From the NCBI GenBank assembly GCA_964515735.1, contig CAZEVP010000004.1, forward strand, positions 961-64,960: a DNA stretch of 64,000 nucleotides, read 5' to 3'. The translations under genes were made by a program, and so were the position numbers. The DNA is from an uncultured Verrucomicrobiaceae bacterium (GTDB taxonomy: Bacteria > Pseudomonadota > Gammaproteobacteria > Pseudomonadales > CAMLJR01). The notes beneath the pieces were generated by a model. That model searched no databases. It was given only the letters and a program-made list of their open reading frames with translations, and had not been told where the DNA came from. Position 1 is the first letter of the stretch. Each line of letters starts with the position of its first letter. Shown piece after piece: positions 18,364-28,710 of this stretch.

Positions 18364-18470
18364 GCGGTGCCGTACATGTCGCCGGGGGCGTGTGTCGCCA
18401 GGGAGGGCGACACCCGAGCCTGTCCATGGATGGACGTCGTTGCGTCCCCCGGCGACATGTACGGCACCGC
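18364..18470. repeat. 107-bp nested inverted-repeat element (25-bp perfect terminal IRs, two internal hairpins)
   Basis: GCGGTGCCGTACATGTCGCCGGGGG (18364-18388) is the exact reverse complement of 18446-18470. The inner hairpins are GTGTCGCC/GGCGACAC (18392-18413) and GTCCAT-GG-ATGGAC (18422-18435). Confidence 0.85.
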
Positions 18471-18536
18471 GCCTTGCGCTGACGTCCTGCGAACAGGCTT
18501 TGACCTGTTCTGATCGCGGTCGGGAGATCGAACTCG

Positions 18537-19571
<1,035 letters not shown>

Positions 19572-19764
19572 GCCTGCAACCGGCCCTTTTCGGCATTGCC
19601 GGCGCGTTCGTTATACCGATCGCGCAGGTCATGTCCGAACTGTCGAAAACCCCACACCAGCTGTCGGGAATAGGGGGCGGACCCTTGGTATATATGGTCG
19701 CCAATGCTGTCCGTCCGGACCGGCCGCCTGCACCTGCGCGTCAGGCCAACCGAGGAATGCCCCT

Positions 19765-21588
19765 ATGTCCTTTGAGCTGAACAAAAAGCTGGCGGTGAAG
19801 CGGCCGCCCCTGCCGACCGCGGCGGCGGTCGACCCGGTCACCGCCAGCATCATCCGCGGCGCGCTGGAGACGATCTGCTTCGAAGCGGCCACCTTCCTTG
19901 GCCGCGCGGCGTCGTCGCCGATCATCAACCAGTCCAACGAGCGCAACGCCAGCATCATCGACGCCAATGGCCGCCTCGCGGTCGGCTCGATCGGCACGCC
20001 ACACCTGACCTTCGTCACCCAGCTGACGGTGCGCTACGGCCTCGATCACTTCAGGAATTACGACTGGGGCCCGGGTGACGTCTTTCTCGGCAACGACCCC
20101 GACCACGGCGGCGGCCACCTGCCGGACTACAACGTCTACGCGCCGGTGTTCGACGACAACGGCGAGCTGGTGCTGGTGCAGGCGCTGCAGGCGCACCAGG
20201 GCGACACCGGCGGCAAGGACCCGGGCGGCTTCACGCTGGAGGCGACCGACATCTTCACCGAAGGGCTGGCGATCCCGTGCATCAAGCTGGTCCATCGCGG
20301 CGAGAAGCGGCGCGACATCATCCACCTGATCGAGCGCAACAACCGCTTCGCCACCTTCTCCGGTGACCTCGCGGCGATGATCGGCGGCGTGCAGCACGCG
20401 GTGCGGCTGATGCAGGAGCTGGTCCGCAAGTACGGCGCCGACGTGGTCAAGGCCGCGGTCAACTACACCATCGAGCACACCGAGAAGCGCTTCCGCGAAG
20501 AGGTCGCGAAGTGGCCGGACGGCACCTACGAGGCCGACGTCTTCATCGACCACGACACGCTCGGCACCAAGGACGTCAAGGTCCACGTCGCCTGCAACGT
20601 GAAGGGCGACGACCTGACCATCGACCTGACCGGTACCGATGACCGCCCCGAACTGGTCGGCGTCTGGAACACCTTCGGCAACAGCCGCGGTTACGTGATG
20701 ACGCAGCTGGTGGCGATGGTCGACCCGGAGATTCCGAAGAACGAGGGCTTCTTCAACGCCGTCGAGATGATCATTCCCGAGGGCTGCATCGCCCATCCGC
20801 CGCCGAACAAACCGGCTGCGCTCGGCTCGTTCCACCCGGCCTGCGAGATCACCGAGGCGGTCTGCGTCGCGCTCTCCAACGTCGTGCCGGGTCGCGCGCA
20901 GCCGCAGGTCTACAAGATCGGTATGCCGAATGCCGTCATCGGCTTCGACGAGAGCGGCATGTGGATGGATCAGGGCGTCGATGCGCGCTCGATGGATTCG
21001 TCGGCGGTGCAGGGCATCGACGGCTGGGGCTCGTGCCCGTCGGCGCTCGGCAATCTGCTGCTGTCGGAGGCCGAGGATGCCGAGAGCCGCTTCCCGGTCA
21101 TCAACATCAGCCGCGAAATGACCATCGACGGCGGTGGCGCCGGCCAGTGGCGCGGCCAGCCCGGCAGTCTCAACGTCAAGCAGGTGCTGGTGCCGACGAT
21201 GGCGATGGCGTGGATGGTGTCGGCGGCGCACCCGCTGCGCGGCATGTGCGGCGGTGACGATGGCAGCCCCTACACCAACCATTTCGAAGTTGGCACCGAC
21301 AACGAATACCAGATCGATCTGGCCGTGAAGGCACAGCTGCCGGCCGCTGCCGTCATCGCCTATCAGCACGGCGGTGGCGCCGGCTTCGGCCCGGCGTATC
21401 TGCGCGATCCCGACGCGGTGAAAGAGGATGTGCTCGACGAGTACGTCAGCCTCGATGCCGCGCGCGACAAATATGGCGTCGTGCTGACCGGTTCGCTGGA
21501 AGAGTACGACCTGCGCGTCGACGTTGCCGCGACGCAGGCACTGAGAGAAAAAATGAAGGCTGCGCACGCAGCGCGAGGAGCGAAGTGA
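19765..21588 (+). CDS. Hydantoinase B/oxoprolinase-family subunit (HyuB-like)
   Basis: The 607-aa product has the N-terminal DPVTASIIRGALETICFEAATFLGRAASSPIINQSNERNASI, characteristic of the HyuB family. Confidence 0.88.
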   Translation: MSFELNKKLAVKRPPLPTAAAVDPVTASIIRGALETICFEAATFLGRAASSPIINQSNERNASIIDANGRLAVGSIGTPHLTFVTQLTVRYGLDHFRNYDWGPGDVFLGNDPDHGGGHLPDYNVYAPVFDDNGELVLVQALQAHQGDTGGKDPGGFTLEATDIFTEGLAIPCIKLVHRGEKRRDIIHLIERNNRFATFSGDLAAMIGGVQHAVRLMQELVRKYGADVVKAAVNYTIEHTEKRFREEVAKWPDGTYEADVFIDHDTLGTKDVKVHVACNVKGDDLTIDLTGTDDRPELVGVWNTFGNSRGYVMTQLVAMVDPEIPKNEGFFNAVEMIIPEGCIAHPPPNKPAALGSFHPACEITEAVCVALSNVVPGRAQPQVYKIGMPNAVIGFDESGMWMDQGVDARSMDSSAVQGIDGWGSCPSALGNLLLSEAEDAESRFPVINISREMTIDGGGAGQWRGQPGSLNVKQVLVPTMAMAWMVSAAHPLRGMCGGDDGSPYTNHFEVGTDNEYQIDLAVKAQLPAAAVIAYQHGGGAGFGPAYLRDPDAVKEDVLDEYVSLDAARDKYGVVLTGSLEEYDLRVDVAATQALREKMKAAHAARGAK

Positions 21589-23669
21589 TGGGCTACCGCG
21601 TAGGTATCGACATTGGCGGCACGTTCACCGATTTCGCGCTGCTGAGAGGTGCGGAGGTGATTCTGCACAAGAACCTCAGCACGCCGGAGGACCGCTCGCT
21701 TGGCGTTATGCACGGTCTGCAGAAACTCGCCGAAAAAGAGGGGCTGACGCTCGGTGATTTCCTCGGCCAGTGCGATGCCATCGTGCACGGCACGACGATT
21801 GCCGACAACACGCTGATCGAGATGAACGGCGCCGTCACCGGCCTGATCACCACCGAGGGTTTTCGCGACGAGGTCGAATACCGTCGCGGTTACAAGGAGA
21901 ACATCTGGGACGTGCGGCTGGCGCCGCCGAAGCAGATCGTGCCGCGCCGTCGCCGCCTGACGGTGCCGGAGCGCGTGCTGTTCGACGGCTCCGTGCACAA
22001 GCCGCTCGACGAGCAGGCCGTGCGCGACTGCTGCCGCCGGCTGAAGAAGCAGAACGTCGAGTCGGTGGCGATCTCGCTGATCTTCTCGTTCGTCAATCCG
22101 GCGCACGAGAAGCGCGTCGCCGAGATCGTCGCCGAGGAGATGCCGGGCGTGCATCTCTCCGTGTCGCATCAGGTGCTGCCGCGCGCGCCGGAATACGACC
22201 GTACCAGCACGACGGTGGTCAACGCCTACGTCGGCCCGCGCGTCACGTCGTATCTGGAAAAACTGGTCAGCCGCCTGAAAGAGGGCGGCTACCGCAACCA
22301 GCTGATGGTGATGCAGGCCAGCGGCGGCGTCATGACCAAGGAGTACATCGACGGTTCGCCGATCCGCGTGCTTGCCTCCGGCCCGGCCGGCGGCGTCATC
22401 GGTTCGGCGCACGTCGGCGCGGCCAAGGGCTATCCGAACCTGCTCTGCGTCGACATGGGCGGTACCTCGTACGACATGTCGATGGTCATTGACGGCGCCG
22501 CGCCGGCGATCGCCGGCTGGAACATGCACCACCGCAACCTGGTCGGCGTACCGATGGTGCAGGTGGAGACGCTCGGCGCCGGTGGCGGTTCGATCTGTCA
22601 CGTTCGCAACGGCGAGCTGAACGTCGGCCCGGCCTCGGCCGGCTCCGAGCCGGGGCCGATCTGCTACGGCCGCGGCGGCACGCAGCCGACCGTCACCGAC
22701 GCGCTGCTGATGCTCGGCATCCTGTCGGCCGAGGCCGAGTTCGCCGGCGGCAGCTTCTCGCTGAGCAAGGCCGGTGTGACGGAAGCCTTCGAGGCGATCG
22801 GCAACGAGATGGGTTACAGCGCCGAGGACGCCGCGTTCGACTGCTGGCGCATCGTCAACGCCAACATGATTCAGGCGGTGCGCAGAACGACGGCCGGCAA
22901 GGGCGTCGATTCGATGGACCTGGTGATGCTGGCCTACGGCGGCAACGGCCCGGCCTTCGCCGCCGTGCACGCCGCCGCGCTCGGCATCGACCGCGTGCTG
23001 GTGCCGCGCGCGTCGCCGACCTTCTCGGCGCTCGGCACGCTGGTCGCCAAGCCGAGCATCGACGAGGAGCGCTCCTACATCTGTCCGGTCACCAGCCCCG
23101 ATCTGCAGAAGCTGAAGGCGCTGTGGAAGGAGCTCGACGAGCGCGCGGCCAGCTATTTCGCCGCCGCCAGTTTCCCGCGCGAGCAGGTGTCGGCGAAATA
23201 CCAGATCAACATGCGCTATCGCGGCCAGAACTGGGCGCTGACGTTCGACATGCACGTCGGTCGCGGCGAGCAGGATCTGTCGTTCGTCGACGACACGCTG
23301 AGCGCGAAGGCATTCGCGGCGTTCAACGAACGCCACATGACCGAGTTCGGCCACATCCGCGATGGCGAGATTCCGGAGATCATCGGTGTGCGACTGGCGA
23401 CCTCGGTCGACACGCCGTCGCCGGTGGTCGGCAGCGGGCTCAGCGCGGCGACGGTGACGGCGACGCCGGCAAAGACGCGCCGCGCCAACCTCGGCGAGGG
23501 TTACAAGGAGACCAGCGTCTATCGCGGCGCCGATCTGAAACCGGGTTCCGAAGTACCGGGGCCGGCGATCATCGAGGAGACCTTCACGACCATCGTCGTC
23601 TACCCGGGCTGGAAAGCGCAGCTGGACGATGCCGGCGACTATCTGCTGACTTCCGTGGCCGCGGGCTGA
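21585..23669 (+). CDS. Hydantoinase A/oxoprolinase-family subunit (HyuA-like, ATP-binding)
   Basis: The 694-aa product has YRVGIDIGGTFTDF (ASKHA phosphate-1 motif) and CVDMGGTSYD. A 4-nt overlap joins it to hyuB. Confidence 0.88.
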   Translation: MMGYRVGIDIGGTFTDFALLRGAEVILHKNLSTPEDRSLGVMHGLQKLAEKEGLTLGDFLGQCDAIVHGTTIADNTLIEMNGAVTGLITTEGFRDEVEYRRGYKENIWDVRLAPPKQIVPRRRRLTVPERVLFDGSVHKPLDEQAVRDCCRRLKKQNVESVAISLIFSFVNPAHEKRVAEIVAEEMPGVHLSVSHQVLPRAPEYDRTSTTVVNAYVGPRVTSYLEKLVSRLKEGGYRNQLMVMQASGGVMTKEYIDGSPIRVLASGPAGGVIGSAHVGAAKGYPNLLCVDMGGTSYDMSMVIDGAAPAIAGWNMHHRNLVGVPMVQVETLGAGGGSICHVRNGELNVGPASAGSEPGPICYGRGGTQPTVTDALLMLGILSAEAEFAGGSFSLSKAGVTEAFEAIGNEMGYSAEDAAFDCWRIVNANMIQAVRRTTAGKGVDSMDLVMLAYGGNGPAFAAVHAAALGIDRVLVPRASPTFSALGTLVAKPSIDEERSYICPVTSPDLQKLKALWKELDERAASYFAAASFPREQVSAKYQINMRYRGQNWALTFDMHVGRGEQDLSFVDDTLSAKAFAAFNERHMTEFGHIRDGEIPEIIGVRLATSVDTPSPVVGSGLSAATVTATPAKTRRANLGEGYKETSVYRGADLKPGSEVPGPAIIEETFTTIVVYPGWKAQLDDAGDYLLTSVAAG

Positions 23670-23697
23670 GCGGGCGGACGAAACACGAGGGCTTTGC

Positions 23698-24879
23698 ATG
23701 TCGGCGTTGCGCGGTATCAGGGTGCTGGAATTGGCCGAGGGGGTTGCCGGTGAATACTGCGGCAAGCTGCTCGCCGATTTCGGCGCCGACGTCATCAAGC
23801 TGGAGCGGCCCGGCAGCGGCAGCCCGACGCGTGGCATGGGGCCGTTCGCCGGTGGCGAGGCCGGTACCGAGCGCAGCGGCCTGTTCGCCTACCTGAACAG
23901 CAACAAGCAGTCGGCGACGCTCGATCTCGCCGGCGACGATGGCGTGGCGATGCTCGACCGCCTGCTCGGCCGCGTCGACGTCGTCATCGACGATCACGAC
24001 ATCGCCTGGCTGCGTCGCGTCGGGCTCGACCCCGAGCAGGTAGAGCAGCAGCGTCCAGCATTGCTGTTCTGCTCGGTCACGCCGTTCGGTCTCAATCCGC
24101 CCGACGACCGTCTGCACGCCGAAGATCTGAACGTTTTCCACAGCAGCGGCTGGGGCTACCACACGCCGAGCGGCAGCGAGCCGCAGCAACCGCCGCTGAA
24201 GGGCGCCGGCCGTTTCCTGTCGAGCTACGAGGCGGGCATGGAGGCGGCGCTGTGCATCGTCGCCGCGCTGTACGAGCGCGATGAATCGAAGCTCGGCCGC
24301 GTCATCGAAATCTCGAAACAGGAAGTGCTGGCGTCGCGCGTCGACTACGTGCTCGGCCAGATGGCGGCCGGCGACATGGACGTCGGCACCGCGCGCACGC
24401 AGTTCGACCTGTTCGGGCCGGCCGGTATCTTCCCGTGCCGCGACGGCTTCGCCTACATCTGGATGTCGGCGCCGAGCCATTGGGATGCGCTGCGCCAGCT
24501 GCTCGGCGATCCCGACTGGATGAACGAGTTTCCCGAACACTGGATGGAGCGCGAATGCACACCGGCGCGCGTTGCCCGGTGCCGCCACTATCTCGGCGAA
24601 TGGCTGAAGACACAGAGCAAGCACGAGGCAGCCGCCACGGCGCAGAAGCTCGGGCTGACGCTGGTGGCGGTCAACAACGCCGGCGACCTGCTCGATTGCG
24701 GGCAGTATGCGTTTCGCGGTTTCTTCGCCGAGATCGAACACCCGGTGCTTGGCGCCACGCGCTATCCGACCGTGCCGTACAAACTCAGTGCCACGCCGGC
24801 GCGACTGGCGACGCCGGCGCCGCTGCTCGGGCAACACGACGAGCGCCTCGCTGATTTGAGCGCAGGAGGTCGGTCATGA
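23698..24879 (+). CDS. Family III CoA-transferase (CaiB/BaiF type)
   Basis: The N-terminus is LRGIRVLELAEGVAGEYCGKLLADFGADVIKLERPGSG. Confidence 0.88.
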   Translation: MSALRGIRVLELAEGVAGEYCGKLLADFGADVIKLERPGSGSPTRGMGPFAGGEAGTERSGLFAYLNSNKQSATLDLAGDDGVAMLDRLLGRVDVVIDDHDIAWLRRVGLDPEQVEQQRPALLFCSVTPFGLNPPDDRLHAEDLNVFHSSGWGYHTPSGSEPQQPPLKGAGRFLSSYEAGMEAALCIVAALYERDESKLGRVIEISKQEVLASRVDYVLGQMAAGDMDVGTARTQFDLFGPAGIFPCRDGFAYIWMSAPSHWDALRQLLGDPDWMNEFPEHWMERECTPARVARCRHYLGEWLKTQSKHEAAATAQKLGLTLVAVNNAGDLLDCGQYAFRGFFAEIEHPVLGATRYPTVPYKLSATPARLATPAPLLGQHDERLADLSAGGRS

Positions 24880-26081
24880 GCCAGATGCTTCGCGGTGGCC
24901 CGCTGCAGGGCGTGCGCGTGGTCGAGCTGACCAAGGTGTGGGCCGGCCCCTACGTCGGCAAGCTGCTGGCGTTTCTCGGCGCCGAGGTGATCCGCGTCGA
25001 GAGCGAGGGTTCGCTCGATGTCACGCGCACCTACGGCGTCGCCGACATCAACAACGCACCGGGTTTCCAGGCGGTCAATCCGCAGAAGCTCAGCGTGCAG
25101 ATCGACATGAAGACGACAGAGGGCATCGGCCTGATCCTCGATCTGCTGCGCCACGCCGACATCGTCGTCGAGAACCTGAGGCCCGGCGCGGTCAAGCGCC
25201 TCGGTCTTGGCTATGACGTCGTCAAGGCGGTCAAGCCCGACATCATCTACACCTCGATGGGCATGTACGGCAGCGAGGGGCCGCTCGCCTACCAGACCGG
25301 TTACGCGCCGTGCTTCGCCGCACTCGGCGGCATCAGCGCGCTGGTCGGCCACGAGGGCGGCGCACCGGCTGGCATGAACGTCCGCTACGCCGACTCCACC
25401 TTCGGCGTCGCCGCCGCCTTCGCCGCTGTCACCGCGTTGCTGCATCGGCGCCGCACCGGCGAGGGGCAGTTCATCGACGTGTCGGCGGTCGAGTGCATGA
25501 GCAGCATGATCGGCGACACCGTCATGGACTACATGCTGAACGGCGTCGTGAAGCAGTGCGACGGCAACCGCCACGACGAGATGGCGCCGCACGGCACCTA
25601 TCCGTGCCGCGACGACGAGTGGATCGCGATCGCGGTCGCCTCCGATGCTGCGTGGCGCGCGCTGGCCGAGGCGATGGGCCAGCGCGAACTCGCCAGCGAC
25701 GAACGCTTCGCCACGCTGGCGGCGCGCAAGGCCAACGAAGCCGAGCTCGACCGCCTCGTTGCCGGCTGGAGCGCACGGCACGGCGCCGCCGAACTGGCGC
25801 AGGCGCTGCAGCAGCGCGGCATCGCCGCCAGCAAGAGCATGAGCTCGGTCGATCTGGTGTCGGACCACCATCTGTGGGCCAGAGGTTTCTTTCAGGAAGT
25901 GGCGACGGCCAGCGGCGCGACGCGTACCATCGTCGGCCCCGGCTGGAAGATGTCGCGCGGAGCGGTCATTCGCGATGGAGCGCCGGCGCTCGGCGAACAC
26001 AATGCTTACGTGTTCGGCGAGATTCTCGGGCTATCCGCCGAGGAACAGCAGCGGCTCGCCGACAGTGGCGTCGCGCGTTAG
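24876..26081 (+). CDS. Family III CoA-transferase (CaiB/BaiF type), second copy
   Basis: It has LQGVRVVELTKVWAGPYVGKLLAFLGAEVIRVE. An ATGA overlap joins it to the previous gene, and an AGGAGG SD is present. Confidence 0.88.
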   Translation: MSQMLRGGPLQGVRVVELTKVWAGPYVGKLLAFLGAEVIRVESEGSLDVTRTYGVADINNAPGFQAVNPQKLSVQIDMKTTEGIGLILDLLRHADIVVENLRPGAVKRLGLGYDVVKAVKPDIIYTSMGMYGSEGPLAYQTGYAPCFAALGGISALVGHEGGAPAGMNVRYADSTFGVAAAFAAVTALLHRRRTGEGQFIDVSAVECMSSMIGDTVMDYMLNGVVKQCDGNRHDEMAPHGTYPCRDDEWIAIAVASDAAWRALAEAMGQRELASDERFATLAARKANEAELDRLVAGWSARHGAAELAQALQQRGIAASKSMSSVDLVSDHHLWARGFFQEVATASGATRTIVGPGWKMSRGAVIRDGAPALGEHNAYVFGEILGLSAEEQQRLADSGVAR

Positions 26082-26151
26082 CGCGACCAATAGCGAAGCA
26101 GACGCGTTGGCGCGCTGCTGCGACGAACGATCGGACTGGGGGATTCCTGCC

Positions 26152-27171
26152 ATGTCGGAAACGCTTTTCGTCATCGATAAACGAAACTACCGCGAGTGTC
26201 AGCGCGCGTTTCGCGGCAATACCAATCAGGAGTACTACCTCGGCGACTACACGATCGAGGCCGGCTCGGTGATCGAGGTGCGCGCCGACCGCAAGGCGGT
26301 CGGCTCCTGCTCGATCATCCGCATGCAGGCGAAGACGCGGCAGTTCTTCCGCCGTTCGTGGTCGCACATCCGCGAGGATGGCACCGACGTCACCGTGCTC
26401 TGGTTCGTCAAGCGCGGCCGTCTCAGCATCGCCCATCAGTGCGGCCACAGCATCGCCGAGGCCGGCGATTTCGCCGTCACGCAGTCGACCGCGCCGTTCT
26501 CGATCGAGTGCCAGGCCGATGAGTCGTCGCTGCACGAAGTGCTGCACGTCATCGTGCCGACGCATCTGTTCCGCCGTTTCGTGCCGTGTGAGGTGAAGAC
26601 CGGTCTGGTACTGGCGGCCGGCGGTCGCGAGTTCGCCATCGCCGAGCGCATGTTCGCCGAGATCTTCGAGGAGAGCGGCGATCTGGCCGAGCATATCGAG
26701 CAGCTGCTGGTCGACACCGCGCTGTCGGTGCTCGGCGAGGCGATCAAGCGCAACGAGGATCGCGCACCGGCGCGGCAGACGTTGTCGGAAAAGCGGCTGC
26801 AGGATGTGCTGCGCTTCATCGACGTGCATCTTTCCGACCCGACGCTGAGCATCGCCACGGTGGCCAGAGGCTGCGGCATCTCGCCGCGCTACCTGTCGTT
26901 CCTGCTGCAGCTGAACGGCACGCCGTTCTCGGAGCTGGTGTGGGACAAGCGGCTGAAGATCGCCAGCCGCTGGCTGGCGTCGTCGAAGCCGGGCGACATC
27001 CCGATCAGCGAGATCGCCTACCGCGTCGGTTTCAAGAGCCCGGCGCATTTCAGTCGCATGTTCAAACGCGTTTTCAACATGGGGCCGCGCGAGTATCGCC
27101 TGTCGGTACCGGCGGGAATGGCGCAGGCACCGCAGGATTTCTTCGGCGGCAGCTCCACGTCGCTGCAATGA
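26152..27171 (+). CDS. AraC-family transcriptional regulator
   Basis: This is the last 339 codons of ORF 25975..27171, from the ATG at 26152 (MSETLFVIDK...). The C-terminal HTH is ISEIAYRVGFKSPAHFSRMFKRVFNMGPREYR. Confidence 0.82.
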   Translation: MSETLFVIDKRNYRECQRAFRGNTNQEYYLGDYTIEAGSVIEVRADRKAVGSCSIIRMQAKTRQFFRRSWSHIREDGTDVTVLWFVKRGRLSIAHQCGHSIAEAGDFAVTQSTAPFSIECQADESSLHEVLHVIVPTHLFRRFVPCEVKTGLVLAAGGREFAIAERMFAEIFEESGDLAEHIEQLLVDTALSVLGEAIKRNEDRAPARQTLSEKRLQDVLRFIDVHLSDPTLSIATVARGCGISPRYLSFLLQLNGTPFSELVWDKRLKIASRWLASSKPGDIPISEIAYRVGFKSPAHFSRMFKRVFNMGPREYRLSVPAGMAQAPQDFFGGSSTSLQ

Positions 27172-27208
27172 CGTTCGATTTTCGATCCGATCGTTTCGAT
27201 CTGACCTT

Positions 27209-27247
27209 TTCCATCTAACTGTTCCTATCTAGCCGTTCCATCTAACT
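27209..27247 (+). promoter_or_regulatory. Three tandem 12-nt repeats TTCCATCTAACT / TTCCTATCTAGC / TTCCATCTAACT upstream of the P450 gene
   Basis: The copies are at 27209-27220, 27222-27233 and 27236-27247 (period 13-14 nt). They lie between the AraC regulator stop (27171) and the P450 start (27261). Confidence 0.5.
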
Positions 27248-27260
27248 ACAACCGTGAGGC

Positions 27261-28583
27261 ATGAACATGAGCACCGGCGGAGTTGACATGAAAGCAGGGG
27301 AGTGCCCGGTGGGGCGTCACAAGGTTGATCTGGCCGGTCGTTCGCTGACCGAGCCGGAAATCCTGGCGCAGCCGAACGATTTCTACTGGACGCTGCGCAA
27401 CGAGGATCCGGTGCACTTCGACGAGAAGCTCGGCATGTGGCTGGTGACGCGCCATGCCGACATCGTCACTCTGCTGCGCGACCCGGAGACCTTCTCCGAC
27501 AAGCAGGGCTATCAGGCGCAGTACGCCAGCGGTTTCTTCGAGGAGTTCAAGCAGATCCTCGAAACCGAGGGCGGCGGTTTCTTCGCCGACGCGATCAAGA
27601 GCGACCCGCCCGAGCACACCCGCATTCGCAAGCTGCTCGACGGCGCCTTCTCGGCGCACCGCGTCAAGACGCTGGAGCCGGGCATCACCCGGATCATCGT
27701 CGACCTGGTCGAGCAGGTCGCGGAAAAAGCCAGCGGCGGTCAGGTGATCGACGGCGTCAAAGAGTTCGCGATTCCGCTGACCATCGCCGTCATTTGCGAA
27801 CAGATGGGCATCGCGCATTACAACGGTGCCAAGATCTCGCAGTGGTCGGAGGCGATCACCGCGCAGATCGGTCGCATGCAGGATCGCGAGCAGATGGTCG
27901 CCAACGCGAAACTGATCTGCGAGCTGCAGAACTTCATCATCGAGCAGATGAAGGATCGCGAGGCCGCGCCGAAGGAGGACATGATCTCCGACCTGGTGCA
28001 CGCCGAACTCTCCGACGGCAGCAAGCTGACCTTCGCGGAGGCGGTGTCGCTGGTGCGGGCGCTGATCATCGCCGGCAACGACACCACGGCGACCGCCATC
28101 GGCAATCTGCTGTTCGTGCTGGCGACGCAGCCGGAGCTGGCCCAGCAGCTGTACGACAATATCGACGACGACCGCTATCTGAACCGCTTCGTCGAGGAGC
28201 TGCTGCGCATCGCGCCGCCGGTGCGCGGGCTGGCCAAGATGACGACGTGCGAGACTGAACTGGGCGGTGTGAAACTGCCGAAAGGGGCGCACATGCTGGT
28301 GCTTTACGCCTCGGGCAATGACGACGAGGCGCAGTTCGAGTGCCCGCGCACGTTCAACATGGATCGCGGCAACCTCGGCTCGCACGTCGCCTTCGGCGTC
28401 GGTATCCACCGCTGCATCGGCGCCTCGCTGGCGCGGATGGAGATCAAGGTGGCGGCGAAGGAGCTGGTCAGGCGCGTCGGCGAATTCAAACTTGCCATTC
28501 CGGTCGAGCAGGTCAAATATCAGCCGACCGTGGCGACGCGGTCGATCGCTTCGCTGCCGATGACGTTCGCGCGCCGGAAATAG
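27261..28583 (+). CDS. Cytochrome P450 monooxygenase
   Basis: The heme loop is FGVGIHRCIGASLA, the I-helix is AGNDTTATAIG, and ExxR is EELLR. The start may be the second ATG at 27267. Confidence 0.92.
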   Translation: MNMSTGGVDMKAGECPVGRHKVDLAGRSLTEPEILAQPNDFYWTLRNEDPVHFDEKLGMWLVTRHADIVTLLRDPETFSDKQGYQAQYASGFFEEFKQILETEGGGFFADAIKSDPPEHTRIRKLLDGAFSAHRVKTLEPGITRIIVDLVEQVAEKASGGQVIDGVKEFAIPLTIAVICEQMGIAHYNGAKISQWSEAITAQIGRMQDREQMVANAKLICELQNFIIEQMKDREAAPKEDMISDLVHAELSDGSKLTFAEAVSLVRALIIAGNDTTATAIGNLLFVLATQPELAQQLYDNIDDDRYLNRFVEELLRIAPPVRGLAKMTTCETELGGVKLPKGAHMLVLYASGNDDEAQFECPRTFNMDRGNLGSHVAFGVGIHRCIGASLARMEIKVAAKELVRRVGEFKLAIPVEQVKYQPTVATRSIASLPMTFARRK

Positions 28584-28592
28584 TGCTGAAAG

Positions 28593-28685
28593 CTCCCCTC
28601 TCCCTTCAGGGAGAGGGGCCGGGGGAGAGGGTATCGCAGTAAGAGCTGCCCTCTCTCTGACCCTCTCCCTGAAGGGAGAGGGGAC
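28593..28685. repeat. REP-like bipartite palindromic element, copy A
   Basis: CCCCTCTCCC-TTCA-GGGAGAGGGG (28595-28618) is followed by GGGGAGAGGG. A mirrored unit CCCTCTCCC-TGAA-GGGAGAGGG lies at 28661-28683. Confidence 0.85.
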
Positions 28686-28710
28686 CAAGACATTGAAGCA
28701 GGAGGTCCGC

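Noticed and set aside
18346-18483. The GCGCTGAC direct repeats as target-site duplications of the 107-bp IR element.
   Set aside because: They are offset by 10 nt and 5 nt from the inverted-repeat ends rather than flush. In GC-rich DNA an 8-mer match at this distance can be chance.
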